Source: Rhizophagus irregularis (lineage: Eukaryota). From it: a DNA stretch of 64,000 nucleotides. The DNA lies in NCBI RefSeq assembly GCF_026210795.1, contig NC_089435.1, forward strand, positions 1,550,001 to 1,614,000. The letters run 5' to 3'. Shown here in pieces: positions 1 to 14,764 of this stretch (position 1 is its first letter; each line of letters starts with the position of its first letter). The notes below the pieces were generated by a model. The model was not told the origin of the DNA, made no database searches, and saw only the letters and a program-made list of their open reading frames with translations. The translations under genes were made by a program, and so were the position numbers.

Positions 1-1529
1 GAATATAATAAATTTTCTACTGGAAGATTATTTGCGGTTCATGCCGCAATTGCCGCATATTCGTGATTAAGAAATTTAATAAAGTTATAAGAGAAATCAA
101 TTGATTCAACTCTGTTATTATTAATAATATCTTTATTATAGTTTCGGGTGAAACTATTTTTTCAAAATCTGAAATATTTCGCCGAAAGTATCTGAAACTT
201 CTGAACCCAAATTAAACCAAAATTATAAAAATCTAACTTTATAAACTATAAATCGGTAATTCTACAATTTGCTGTATATTTGATTGATGACTCAACTGGG
301 TATTATATTAAAAAATTACTCATCTATATACTCTGTGCAAAGGTCACACGTATGTTCGTCCGGTGTACAATATATGAGGTTAAATACAATTACTCACATC
401 GGTCATATGAATAAAATGTTACTCACGCGAAAAAAAATCAAAAAAATTGCTTTCTTATGGTGAGTTTCGTCATGAGTAAATGATTACATAATTTAAATAA
501 TATAAATATATCTCAATATCTTTATTCTTTTCTTTAGGTTTTCTTTATTTTCTTTTTTTTTTAGGTCTATCTTCTAGGTCTTCTCTTTATCACCTTTTAG
601 GCCCTTTTTCTTTACGTCTTCCCTCAGGTACTTGTATGTGGGTTGGGAGTGTGGGTTTGTGTGTAGGTGGTGTGTGTATATTTGTGTATTTCCTCGCTCT
701 TTCCCTTCTGTCGCTTTCTCTTTCCCTTTCTGGATCTTGCAATGATTAAAAAACAAATCCAATTTTTGTTACATTCGGTTATTTGACATTTGGATTATTG
801 CAAGACGAAATTGCCAAATGATTATGGACGATATTTTGATCAAAAAACTCCCAGCCTCCGAGATTAAAAAATGATCAGGTTATTCCAAACACTGTAAAAG
901 TATTCAATCATTTTGTACTTGGATTGTTTAAATCAAATTAAATAAAATGGTCACTAAAACAAAACATAATAAAATTTCTAATATTTATCTTAATTTATAT
1001 GATTTGATCATTAATTTTGATTGTTATAATTTTTATGCCATGGATATTTGCAATTTGGATTGGCCTCGTGTAATCAAGTCAAAATTTTTTTATCCTGTAC
1101 TTTGACTTGAATTCTGGTTTAAGTGATCGTTCTCACTCTATTAACTCATGTCTCTTCATATAATTAAAAACAAAGCTTACAATTACTATGGCCATATAAA
1201 TTTTACTTGTACATAAATGTTTCAGCTATATATATTCAATATAAAAAAAATATTATACCAAATCAAAAAATTGTTTACATACAATTGAAAATAGGATATG
1301 TCTATTACCTATACTGTGGCGCAGTAGTCACGTGAAAATCTAGGTGATCGCAACTTGGAAAACGGTAACCGTTAAAGTCTGTCGCGTTTATTTACTCACG
1401 AAAAATAGCAAATTCAGTGTTACAAAAAAAAAGGAATATGATTGAAAGGGTTTTAGAAAATAATTGTTTAAATTTGAATGTTAAAAATTTCTTCAACGTG
1501 CTAATCCTAAGAATGTTATTATGGAAAAC

Positions 1530-1678
1530 TTTGTCCGGAGCGAAGCGAAGGACAATATATGTCTACGCACTATGAAAAAAAAAAATCGATTACGTGAATT
1601 TCTCTGTCCGCCACGTGATCGTCGCCCAATGAAATTGACAAATTTTAGTTTTTCGCTCCGGGTTCCCGTTTCCTAGTT
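1530..1678. mobile_element. Short non-autonomous Helentron/DINE-like element
   Basis: Subterminal inverted repeat CCGGAGCGAA (1535-1544) / TTCGCTCCGG (1652-1661), GAGCGAAGCGAAG motif, ends CTAG-TTT. Same architecture at 31691-31820. Confidence 0.45.
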
Positions 1679-1753
1679 TAGTTATGTTTATATGAAATCA
1701 ATTAATAAATTAATAAAGTGAACAAACCGATTTATAACTTATAACTTATGTAA

Positions 1754-1862
1754 TATTTGTTGCTGACCTAGCAAAGTCTTTTAAATAAAACTTGTTGTCA
1801 CCTGATCACCACGTTGAGGTGCAGCAAGGGGTGAAGGGAAACGAAAGGGAAAGGGGAAAACG
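1754..1862 (+). repeat. Dispersed repeat copy A (inverted relative to 5752-6037)
   Basis: TATTTGTTGCTGACCTAG...CACCTGATCACCACGTTGAGGTGCAGCAA followed by a GA-rich tract. Its reverse complement matches 5966-6037. Confidence 0.85.
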
Positions 1863-3074
1863 AGTAAGAAATAACAAATAATACTATCAATTATAATATT
1901 TTCTATTCTTAGTAAATGTATATTTATCCCCACACACATGATACCTTATAGAATCCTTACTATAAAACGCCGCACCACAATACCTTAGGTTATTACAAAA
2001 ATAACTCTTCCCATTTGAGACTCCAAAACTAGCCCTCCATTCTATATCCTCTATGATCTGCCCATATGTAGGTGGTGGTGCATCTGGTACACCCTCACCG
2101 TCATTATTAGCATTACCTATAATTAACAAATATTCATAAGTGTCTGCAGCCACCAGTATACATACGTCATCATTGAGAGTTCACCAAACCTATACAACTG
2201 GAGTGGCAAACTATCAACCTGACCATAACAGTTTACTATCCGGAAGACTTTCGGCTGTAACCTTGGATGCACCAAGCATGTCTCATGCGAGGCGTGAACC
2301 CTGCAGTGCGCACCTACTCATACGTCCGTCCGGCAAACTAGTTAATTTATACGTACCGCATAATGCCCGATAAGCTAGACCTCTATTATAAATAGCTATC
2401 AGATTATTTTTGGAATGTCATTTAGACGATTTCTTATGTCGTGGCATTTGGGTGAAGTTGGATTTTGTATAATAAAAATTTATTTCGTAAAATTTTTCGT
2501 ATCATAAAAATTTATTTCATAAAATTTTTTCGTATTAAAAAAAAATTATTTGGATATTTAAGGCCTTTTTATATATTTTTTGTTGTACAAACTTTTTATA
2601 AATAAATACACGAAAACGCGAAAAATAATCAGTTTTTCGCGTCTATTAAATAAAATTAACTCAGATAGTCTAGTCTCACGGGTTTACACATGAAAACGCC
2701 AAAAAAATCTTTAATACACATGAAAACGTGACTCATTATCTGTTATGATTATATTGATAAATATTATGTAATTCATAGTAAACATAAAGTATACAAACTA
2801 TTTGAATTATCATGTGTGTTGAGTACAGCAAACTTCCGATATAATGATATGTCAGGTCCCATATGAAGATCAAATTATTAATAATTTAATATCAATTGCG
2901 CCAAACAAGACCATATAATATTATAGAAGAGTATATAAAAAGTAAGGATTAATCGAAATATAGTTGATCATGATTAACTCGAGTCAAATATATATCATCA
3001 GAGAAAATTTTCATCCTTTTCCATTCGTGCTTCTCCCCATATAGTACTTAACTCACTCATAATATAAGTCTCTT

Positions 3075-4098
3075 ATGATTACACTGAATTACCGCCGTTT
3101 TCAAAATGATAACATTGATGGAACTTTTGGTATCGATATTGACAAAATTAAGTCAGTAAAAGAACTGAAAAAAATCATCAAGCTTTATTTAGATGAGAAC
3201 AACCTTTTACTTCAAAAAGCACTTCTCTTGATAAATACAAATATTATCAAATATGGAATTATCAAAGGATCGTATTCATATTTCCCTGTATATATCTGGT
3301 AAGAATTGGATGATATTTTTATATCGCTATTTATTTACTTATGCTTAATATATATATTTTATTTTATAAAGTTGAGGGAGAAATTGCACATAAATTAAGC
3401 GAAATTGAATCGGGAGATAAAATTATTCAGGTTTTGTATTCAACATTCTCTTAGATATTCATAATATTTTTTATATTTTCTTATATTTTTTAACTTATCA
3501 TTATTATTTTTGGTTGCGTACAAAACAGGGTGTTTGATTATAGGAGACAAATAGGAGATAAAGCATAAAGGCAAGGAAATATGATGCAGTGTTTAAAACC
3601 ATCAACAATAAATTACATTTAGTTTATGTTGATCATGCGTGTATATCCTTTGCTGAGTTTATTCGAAAAGTGACAGATTATACAAAACCGGTACCAGATA
3701 TTCGAAATTGAAAATTAATTATGTATCTTGGAAAGATTTTTGTGAAAAGGTAATATTTATAGAATCTGTAATGTCCATCAAGAATGCCCTACAATCTATT
3801 CTAAATGATCTGAACGTGCGAGATATTTTCTTTGGTATCGAATCTCCACGTCAAAAAACGGTGAGTAACACTCCGGCAATGAAATTACAAGTGATCGGAG
3901 ATTCAGATCATTTATATTGTATGGAGAACATTTACAGAAATAATTCCAAGAAATCTCTCTCCACGGAGTATATAGTTACACCAGCTATTATTTTTCATGT
4001 AATCCGTAAGGGTGTGATTCCATGGATTTAGAGATGCATTGTTTTGTCAAGAGTATATGGAAAGAATTGAAAAATATATACCAAATATCGAGTGAAAT
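3075..4098 (+). pseudogene. Degraded gene fragments of unknown function
   Basis: Protein-like ORF pieces 3075-3302 and 3708-4031 with GT..AG-like gaps and interspersed stops. No recognisable domain. Confidence 0.3.
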
Positions 4099-5751
4099 GA
4101 TCGTCGGGTAAAATAAAGATTATCGGTGAGACGATTTCGGCAAAATAAATGCGTCCCATATGAATGAAAAAACTGTCCAACTAAGAAGTTTCAAATTGAT
4201 GAAAAGTTTAAGTGTTATTAAATATTTTTATTATTATTGGTTTATTATAACGTTTAAAATTTATAATTTTAACCATATTTTTAACGCTTAATAAATGAGT
4301 TTTTTTAAGTATATGGTATTCAGAAAATATAGAAAATATATAAAAGATTTTTACTTTCAAAACTATTTGTGTATTTGTGAGTATAACAGAATTTTTGAAT
4401 AAAATAAAAAATAACCAGAAAATCAAAAGCTGAAATGGCTCTACAGTCTACATTAACATGTTTTTATAATGGAAATAGTGACTATTTTTAATTCCGATCA
4501 CATAAGATGGTGATGACACAGGTATATTTTTATTTCTGAGTGGTGACGACACGGGTAAAAATCTAACCAAATAATTAGCTATCACGTGATATTTTGCCAA
4601 TCTTTTTGAGAACGTATTAAAGGTTTCTATCATTAAAAGAAGTTTATTCTATGATCTTGTATTAATTACACATTTTTTCTTGTATTTTGTCACGATCGTC
4701 ATCAATTTCAACCATTTTGAAAACGATGGACGCCGGACAGGTATGGAGTGCACTCAGTGCCGTAATTATTTAACTCATAAAAGGAATTTTTTGCGAAAGT
4801 TTAAATGCGACTTGAGTAAATATTAAATCATAAACAAAGTCAATAAGTAAATATTTCTTTTTTATCCTAATGATGTCATATATCCAATATGGCTATATTA
4901 ATTGCATACCAAGTTGCAGATTAGGCAACTATAATTTTCTATTTTATAAATTTTCCTAATTAGAGCTTCAATCATGTCAAACTATGGAAAATCGTCTCCT
5001 TTTTTTTCTTTATAACCACAGATCCATAATCGAAACCGTAGATTTTCATTCAGATTTTCAGTTTAATCTGAAACATGGGTTATTGAATTAGTGTGATCAG
5101 GTGATTTTTTATTCAATTACAGTATAACGAAAAAACCGAAAATAACCAAAAATAACCAAAACCCCATACAAATTATATTCAAAAAGTTATTCCAAATAAT
5201 TAATGGTCAATTATTTTGTGTTCTGGTCACTTTTTAATACAGTAACCACTAATGTAATAATAAGAATTACATGAAAATAAGTTGGAAATCGATTATAGCC
5301 ATAGTTTATTCGTAATTTGCAAACCAATGTTTAATTATGAGAATAATGAGATAGTATTTGGTCGCGGGTGCATAAAAAGCGTGCTTAAATATTTCAAAAA
5401 CTACAATTGAAAAAAAAAGTGAAGAAATCTTGAGGAAATGAAAAAAAAATTAGTAACTTCTCATAAACATACATTGTTATTAGTTCTCTTCAACGTCTTT
5501 ACATTTATTAAAAAAACAACTGAACATTTTCAATATTATAGTATATTAGAAAATTATTATCTATTAGGCTTAATTATAAATAAGGGTAGGGAAAATTCTA
5601 GAAACAAACGTAATTTAAGTGATCATGTGGACATATAAACTCGCCACTGTATCACGTTCAAAATATTTTTTTGCTGTTCGTTTCGTATTTTCGCTAGCAG
5701 TATATAACTTGGTGGTTTCGATTCCTACGATTTCTATAATCGATTTCTACC

Positions 5752-6037
5752 TCTCGTTCTCCCTTCCCTTTCCCTTCCCTTTCGTTCTCCCCTTCCCTTT
5801 CGTATTCCCCTTTCCCTTTCGTTCTCCCTTTCCCTTTCGTATTCCCCTTTCCCTTTCGTTCTCCCTCCTAGCCTCCCTTCCCCTTTCGTTCTTCCATTTC
5901 CCTTTCGTTCTCCCCTTCCCTTTCTCATTCCTTTTCCTTTCGTTTCCCTTTCCCCCTGATCAATGTTGCTGCACCTCAACGTGGTGATCAGGTGGCAACA
6001 AGTTTTTAAAAAGACTTGGCTAAGTCAGCAACAAATA
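5752..6037 (-). repeat. Dispersed repeat copy B with CT-rich (TTCCC/TTTCG) minisatellite
   Basis: Pyrimidine tandem tract 5752-5956 followed by ~72 bp that is the inverted copy of 1754-1827. Confidence 0.85.
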
Positions 6038-7517
6038 CTTAAACTAAAAAAAAATATAATACAACTATTAAGAAAATTCAAGTGTCCCTCAATCGTTCTT
6101 TTTTTTTATAATAGAAAAGGATCTCAAGTGGGTCTCGCATAATTTGCTGATGTTACTATGATAAGTACACTTCGATATTTTTTTTTTGTCGATAGAAATG
6201 AAATGTTGAAAATATTGAAGAATGCCGGTTATCATCTTTCTAAAAGGTCATCATTTTTGGAATCTACTGCTAGTAGTCGACATCAACAAACGAAAATTCT
6301 TTTCGTTAAAAGAAATTCAAAATATATTAATAATCATTATTACTAAAAGCGACTGATTATAATTATATTTTATTTTCAGCAATCTATATTTATAATAGTA
6401 AAATATTTATTCGCGTTAAATAGTCATTAAAATAGTTTATAGGGTTTATAGGCTATTGACTTAATGTTATAATTTAAGTGAAATTGCATTGACTTTACTT
6501 TTTCATAATGATAAAAAGTGAGATATTTTAACAAAAAATCTGTACGATGGTTTCATTCCGAAAAGTTGAATAGCTTGATGAAAATTGTTTTTTAGCCGGA
6601 ACCCTATTTTTTATTCTATAAAATTATAATGTTATGTATTGCGCTTTTTCTCTAGTCAATAAAATTAATTCCACACTTTAAAAAAAATTTATTCTATTTG
6701 CTTATGGTATTTCTTAAATTTGTAGTAGTGTCTTCATTTTTCTCTAAGTTAATTTAATGATAATAGCTAGCATAATTCGATTTTATGTAATTATGAAATT
6801 AAGAGGTATAGTACTAAATGATAAACGCATGTGATATTAATTCTAGACGAACGAATCGAATAGAATAAAATTACTCGTTCGTTATTGAATACATAGACGG
6901 CGGGACATTAGAAAAACATTTAAGAACCAATGTTAGAACTTTAATCAAATGGGAAATTCAATTAAAAGTACGGAAAGAATAAGAAAAAAAATAAAATAAA
7001 AACGGTATACTATAATAAAAGAATTGCTACAATAAGAAGTTTTACATTGTTAATAATTATGAAGATATTATTAAATAAAGGAATGTTATGAGAAAAATAG
7101 TGAATAAGAGACATATAAAATTTGAACCATCCATAGATTATCTGAATTTTCAATTTTCGTTATTATAATAATAAAGTATTTAAAAAATTATTTCGGGAAA
7201 ATTATTTAACAATTAATTCGTAATATACCTTATTTCATAATAGTTGAACCAATTAGATAGGAAAAAAAAAAAATAAAACTAGCCAGTACAGTTTATGACT
7301 CACGATTGCATCTTTTATATATTATTTGCATCATGATCAGACATTCATCATACGATATTTTTTTTATAATCACCCATGGCATGACTAATATTGAGTTGAT
7401 TGTTAAATAAAAAATTAATAAAAATCTTTGCGTAAATAATTATACACAAACTACGCCATAATCATAAATTTATAAATAAATAAGGACGAATTTCTCGTCC
7501 CCCCATTTTAAAAAAAA

Positions 7518-8978
7518 ATGATGTTGCAACTCAACGTAGATATACTTTTCCTAATATTTGAAGAATTAAAAAATGACATGAAATCCTTCTATTCATATCT
7601 TTTAGTTAACAAAACTTGGTGTATAATGACGGTACCAATATTATGGAGAGATCCTAATATAATTTCTTTATCTGACGAAGCAAAAAGTAAACTATTTGAT
7701 GTAATATTTTTACATTTATCAAAAAAATCAAGAGATATCTTGAAGAACTGTGGGATTAACAACCTTTTCACATAGACATATCAACATCCTTTATTCAACT
7801 ATATTAGTTTCTGGAAACATTTAGATCTACGTTTTATAGAAGGTCTAATGTTTCAAGGAAATATAAAAGAGTCTAACATTTTTATTATAAAAAATGAGAT
7901 AATGAAATTGTTTATTAATGAAAATACAAGAATTATTCATCTTTATATATCACGAAATTTTAATTACAAAGTACATAGTATTCCAGGAGCTGAACATTGC
8001 CTTTCAGGACTTGAATCCTTTAGTTGTCGTAGCTGTGTTGATCAAAGTATATTAGAAGGATTATCCAGTATATGTAAATCAATTAAAAGACTCAAATTTT
8101 TTGTTGATTCTTCTAACGTTAATATTAATTTTGGGATAATTAAATTAATTGAAGCCCAGAAAAATTTAAATGAAGTCTATTTATTCAATTATTCGGTAAC
8201 TAAATCATTTGAAGGATTAATTGAAAAATCCTTAATTAAACATGCAGATACTATCCAATATTTGAATATTAGATCGGCGCCTGTTACGAAATTTCTTTCA
8301 TACCTTGTAAATTTATCAAGTTTAGAAATTGAATTCATGGATCCATGGAATAATCTAAATAATTTTGAGAATTTTTCGGTACCTAATTTAAAAATTCTAA
8401 GAACAAAACATGTTCCATTTAATATTTTAGTAAGTTTAATTGAAAATACAAAAGGTCATCTTACCGAAATTAATACATTTTATAATTTTAATTATGAAAT
8501 TGTTAATACTGAATCAATTATTCAAGCAATTTATAAAAATTGCCTAAATTTAAAATATCTTTTATTCTCATCAAATAATTCTAATTCAATAATTCCAGAA
8601 TTTGAAACTTTATTAATTAAATGTCAATTTTTAAATGAATTAATTCTTCTTATACACGATCATAATGATTATGCATTTAGTTGGGATAAATTATTTATAA
8701 TATTGGCTAAATCGTCACCAATCAGTTTATTAAGGTTCAAATTTTATTCCATTAGTATGTTTAATTTGAAAAACATAGCATTATTTTTTTATAATTGGAA
8801 AAATAGGAACCCTATGACATTAGGAATATGTAACAATAACTCTTATTTTAATAAGAGGAGTAAAAACAAACCTTTGGAAGATTTATGTGAAAAATATAAA
8901 TTAAAAGGAATAATTAAAAAATACATCATTGAATATTCTAAATTAGTAGATTATAAAGATTTTACGGCATTTAATTAA
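7518..8978 (+). pseudogene. F-box-like / LRR(RNI-like) family gene with one in-frame premature stop
   Basis: N-terminus LNVDILFLIFEEL..SYLLVNKTWC..VPILWRDP. ORFs 7518 and 7848 share a frame. After TAG 7773-7775 the frame continues TYQHPLFNYISFWKHLDL into the second ORF. Confidence 0.75.
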
Positions 8979-10130
8979 ATCATAGAAAGTCGAAAGCGTT
9001 CTATATAAACAAGTCTTTATATATTAATTGATATTTATATTTGTTAATAAAAAGAAATTATTTTTTGCGGCAAATTTGGTTGTAACTTGTAAGACATAGT
9101 AATGTCCTTTATTTCGAATAAAAATGATTCATTAATAAATTCTCTTAATATTTATCAAGAAAAATTTTTATAGATACTAACGCGTCATGATAATATAATA
9201 CATTTTTAAATAATTTTATGATTGTTGAATGTAGTTTAATTTCTCTACTAATATCTTATCCATTGCCAATTACAATTATTAATTTAAATTAATAGAGATC
9301 TTGAAATAATTAATAATTGCAAAATATATACAATTTATATTTTGTAAGTTTGTATAATAAAAAGAATACAAAAAGGAAAAAAGAAATTTAATAATTTAAT
9401 ACATGACAAAAAAACATTTGTTTTTTTAAACCTAATCTTAACAAAAAATAAAATGGAATGCAGTGAAATAAAACGAAATGAAATAAATGAAATAAAATAA
9501 ATGAATTAAATAAGTCATTACTTGAGAGTCATGCACTAGAAAATAAAAGAACGATGCCAAAACGTGGCAAGGGTTATTAATAATACAATATGTTGGGAAA
9601 TAAATTAAACTTGAAATAAAAAACTTTTGAATTCTTTTATATTAAAAATTACAATTATAATTGAAATTATTTAAATTATTTGTATAACTGATAAATTCTA
9701 TTGCCTTTTTATTATATAATTTTTATCAAAATAAAGAAAAAATTGCGATTTTACCAACGTCAATTATGTAACTTGCAAATCAATCCGGATACTATTTTTT
9801 CTGGGAGACGCTAGGGTTGTTAAATCGTAATTTAAATCATGTACTAAGATTATGAATGGGAAATGATTTTTCCAAGGGGTTAGGATAATGAAATTTTATG
9901 CAAATCTGCGGCAATCTCCAACAAGAAAAAAAAATTAGAAAGTAGAAACATATATCAATATATTTTCCTTTTTTTGGTAATGAGGCGACTGAGGCGTCAA
10001 ATACTACGCCTAAAGGTTACAAATTTATGTGTGCACAACATGAAGTTTGATCAACAATTTGCATTTTATTAATTTATTACGGTTTGAATGAACGAACTTA
10101 AAATAATTCTTTCTTTTCCCTTAATTTATT

Positions 10131-12448
10131 ATGTCCACTCTTCGATATGAATTAGTTAATGCAACATATCATAGGGCAATTTTTTTGACTGATACTAGTA
10201 TTTACAATGATATACACAAACAATTTGAATTTCAAAAACAAACAGTCCTTGCTGATAAAATTCTTACAAATGATGAAAAAATTTATGGAATAAGAAAATT
10301 AACTAAAACTTATGATCGAAATAAAGTTATTTTAAATTCAGGAACAAGAAGAATTTGTGAAAATTGTAACCAAGAATGTTTAGCCACATTATATTGTGAA
10401 TATTGTGTCCGAAATTATTTAAAAGAAAATTTTTCAAACTGGACATCTGGGAATGATGATATTGACAATTTAATACAGAAATGTCAAATGGAATCACTTA
10501 ATCCACAAAGGATAGTTGAATGGATTCCATATAACAATTTGAAAAATATTAATTATTTAACAAAAGGTGGATTCTCTGAAATCTATACAGCGGGTTGGAT
10601 TAACGGATATTATGAAGAATGGGATTCTGAAAAAAAAACAATTAAAAGAGTTAAAAGACTTGGAATACAAAACTTTGTAGGATATGTAGCACTTAAAAAA
10701 TTAGAAAATGTTGAAAGTGCAAATCAAAGTTGGTTTGAAGAGGTTTGTATAATTTTATTTGAAATTTATTTATAAAATCCTGTTTTTTTGTATTAACAAT
10801 AGCATTGTTGTCATTTAGGCTAAATCACATTTAACTATAAGTAATAAATGGTCAGGTGTTGCTCGATGTTTTGGTTTAACACAAAATCCATCAAATGGAT
10901 ATTATATGCTTGTAATGTGTAAAATGAATATAGATTTAAGAAAATATTTACAACAAAATCATAATCAACTTACATGGAAAGATAGAATGAAAATTATTAA
11001 TGAAATAACTCTTGCGCTTTATTATATTCATAAAGAGAAAGCAATTCATAGAGATTTGCATTCTGGAAATATATTGTATTCACAATTTAATGATAAGTGG
11101 TATATTAGTGATCTTGGATTTTGTGGACCTGCTGATAAATCTTCAACAAGTATATATGGAAATCTTCCTTACATAGCACCCGAAGTTATTGTTGGAAGAG
11201 AATATACTTTTGCATCTGATATTTATAGTATTGCAATTCTTATGTGGGAAATTTCATCTGGACAAACACCATTTATAAATTATGAACATGAAAATGATAT
11301 TGTAATGAATATTATTAACGGTATAAGGGCAAAAATAGTGCCAGGAACTCCATTAGAATATAAAAATTTAATGAAAGAATGTTGGGATGCTGATCCATTA
11401 AAAAGACCTGACGCTGATGCACTTGAATCCAAAATAAACCGAATTAATTTATATTATCAAAATATGTCAGATGAAGTATTCAAATCAGAAATGGATAATT
11501 TAGAAATGAATAAAGTAGAAGAAAATTATACAAGTAGCAGGTTATTTACAAGTAAAATTCACAACTTTGGAAATCTACCTGAACCAAGAAATGCAACAGA
11601 AGGTATAAGCGTATAATATTTATTAATGAATGTATTTATTTTAAAATACATTATTATTAATGTTATCTCTTATTATAATAGAAGAACAAGAAGGTATAAC
11701 CATATAAATAATAATTTCTACTATTTTATTTGGTTACTAAAATAATTCACTTTATTTTGCTACTAATAGCGTTTCATAGTAAATTGTATGATTTTAACAT
11801 TCCTAACAATAGTAAGTATTTATTAATATTACGGCATTAAATTACCATATAATAATGTTTAATTTAATAATTGTCATTTATTTCAGTTAACGATTTTAAT
11901 AAATCAAATAAGCAGAATAGTAGTAACAAATCATCAAAAATAGTTACCATTTTTAGAGGTAATGAATCTTAATTATTGCCAAATCAAGATTGAATTTTAT
12001 AATTTTTATATTAAATCAATATCATAAATTTTAGATAGTAATAAAAAATTATCTAAATTATTTAAAAAGTTGCAAATAAATTCAAATGGTAAGAATAGTA
12101 ATAAATTACTAACAAATTAAACTCATTATTATATCAATTTCATTTATTTATTAAACGCGACTTTTATTTAAATTTAGATGATGAAAAAGAAATAACTCAA
12201 CAACGAATAAAAGGGAAAAATATTAATGTTGATGGTAGGTGAAAATTTTACGTAATAACAAATAATCCTTATACTATTTTAAGTATGTTTATTTTCTTAT
12301 AGATGATGACGAAATATATAATAATCCAAATTTTCATTCAAAAGAACAAGATGAACTGGAAATTCCCGATGGTAAGTTCTTAAATAAATAAGGTTTCTTT
12401 TTAAAGCAACTTAATTAATTTAATTTTTTATCTTTAGATGGATTTTAA
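10131..12448 (+). CDS. Tyrosine-kinase-like protein kinase with N-terminal Cys-rich (CxxC..CxxC) region; multi-exon
   Basis: Exons 10131-10742 and 10819-11602, a 12-nt exon 11682-11693, further short exons, stop TAA 12446-12448. Motifs KGGFSEIY, VALK, HRDLHSGN, DLG, APE. Confidence 0.9.
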
Positions 12449-13273
12449 ATTGACTTTATAAATCAAAACCAAAACCAATATTATATTATATTCCAAATTG
12501 TTATCATTTATTTATACTTTATTTTAAGTTATTTAAACACTAAGATTAGAGTAGTTAAAATGTTTTACAAGATTCTTAGTTTGTAATTTAAATAATTATA
12601 TAATAAAGTTATTAAAATTATTAAATGTATAAATTATCAATAAAAAATTTATAATAAAATTTTTTAACCTTTACAATAATTATTCGAATTTAGGCGAAAA
12701 TAATAATATTATGAAAATAAATTTTACATTATTGAATAATATTTAATCTTTTGTTCAATCTCCGTCAGATGAATTTTGTCGTTATTTATTCTTATCTAAC
12801 TTTATATCTTATATATAAAAAAAATGACAGATCGAGCATAAGGTCCAGATAATAATATCTAAAACAGCAACATTTCAATTTTCCATATGATGAACTTATT
12901 TCAACTATTAATAAGATTTTTAGAATTTTAATCTAATGTGTTTGGAAAATATACTATATTTTATTGTTTAAAACATTATAATAATTATTTATAGAAAATT
13001 TTAATCAAAATTAATCATTTATCTTTTTGGCTTAAATGGTATGGTTTGAATGTAAATTTCTGGCTGAATCAGGGATTTTGTAAAGTAAACAAGTTAGTAT
13101 TCTAAGCTTGATAAAGATTAAGTAGAAAAGGTCATATCTAAGTAAAGTGATTAATTAATTTTATAAAGTTTAATACATTTCAATCAATTTATATAAATAT
13201 GGCGAATACGATAATAAAACAAATAATAAACAATAAAAAGAAAAAAATAATATCCAATATTGCAAAATTGGTT

Positions 13274-14764
13274 TTAATTTAGAATTTGAAATACTTCATA
13301 TTCTTCCACATAAAAATCATCATCATTTTCTCTGATTTTCTTTTCGTAATCATAATTATAACAATTACCAAAGTCTCCAGATAAAACAAGATCGTCACCA
13401 AATCTTGGACCACTAGCATTATAGTTAAATATAGCACAATTTTCATCTCTCACGCGACTTAAAATATAACTTTCAATATCATCACTGCTCATAAAAGAAA
13501 ATATAAAACTATCGTTAGTAGTGCCAAAATTACCATCGTTATTAGATTCCCATTCAATTGGATTATACCCCCCAAGAATTTCAGTACTATCTTTCACTTT
13601 AACAATTGTTATAGTATTAGACTGATTGTCACAGATTTCATGAAATTTTTCAACCGTAAATCCATCACGAGATCCACGCAGTAACAAATTGAATTTGTAC
13701 GCAGTTTTTATCTCATCCGTAATTTTTATTCTATCGATCCATTTCGAGATTAATTCAGCATGTTGAGTTGTAATGATTTTGGAATCAATATTATTTTTCT
13801 TAGTAGTCATACGAGATTTTGATTGTTTAATTGATTGGTTGTTAGAATCCAAAAAATATTTTAATAAATCTTTATATAATTCTTTTGGTAAAACTTTTTT
13901 ATAAGGTAATATTTCTTTTGAAAATTCATCAGAAGTTAAATTATAGAATCTAATAAATGGAATACACTTATGTAAACTATTTTTCAAAGTATTAAAATCT
14001 TCTTTTGAAAAATTTGCAGGATCTGAAGAAAGTTCTGGATTTTGAGCAAGTCCCCATTTAAGCACATGTTTCCATATTTGAATTTCTTCCATTTGAAAAT
14101 TATCACTTTGAATAATTGTGATCAAAAGTTTTTCTGGAATTAAAGCAAAATTTAGAGATTTGAATATCTTATCTGGCTCTTCGGAGGTTAAATTAGTACA
14201 AAAATTTTGAAGTTCCAAGAAAGAATCGTTCTCAAAGCATGTTTGATATATCAAATTAAAATTTTGTTCCATCCAATTTGCCTTAGTTTTAATTAAGAAG
14301 GATTGTATATAAGTGATCAATTCTTGAAGACCAAGTTCACTTCCGGCAATCAAGATTTTAATTATATCCGAAGTATCATACTCCTCCAAGGAAATTCTTC
14401 CACTATAAATATATCTAAAAATAAAAAAGCGTAAACTTAAGTATGTTGTTATACAGTATATTCATTTTTGTAATTTTAATTTAATTCTTTTTTCTTCTTA
14501 ATTATACCTTAAGATTATTTGAAAAATTTCAGGTAAAATATTTGGTAATTTTATATGAACCAAAGCCCCATCATTATTCTTTTTATTTGTTGATAACATT
14601 CTTCGTAGATACGTGGAACGATAATGTAAGATAACCATATGAGCACGAAATATCTTTATATAAGGATCATTACCAACTTCAATAGTAACATCATAATATT
14701 CTTCATCATTTAAAATTTCAAGTAAATTCTGAAATAATTTTGGTAAAAGATTATTATCATCCAT
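13274..14764 (-). CDS. BTB/POZ-BACK-TLDc domain protein
   Basis: Exons 14764-14508 and 14414-13274 (GT-AG intron). BTB YDVTIEVG..FRAHMVILHYRS; BACK-like EEIQIWKHVLKWG; TLDc LLLRGSRDGF..FHEICD..ILGGYNP..GPRFG..VEEYEVFQI. Confidence 0.93.

Noticed and set aside
5619..5987. FP-repeat and RG/ER-repeat ORFs on both strands
   Set aside because: Translation of a pyrimidine/purine tandem repeat.
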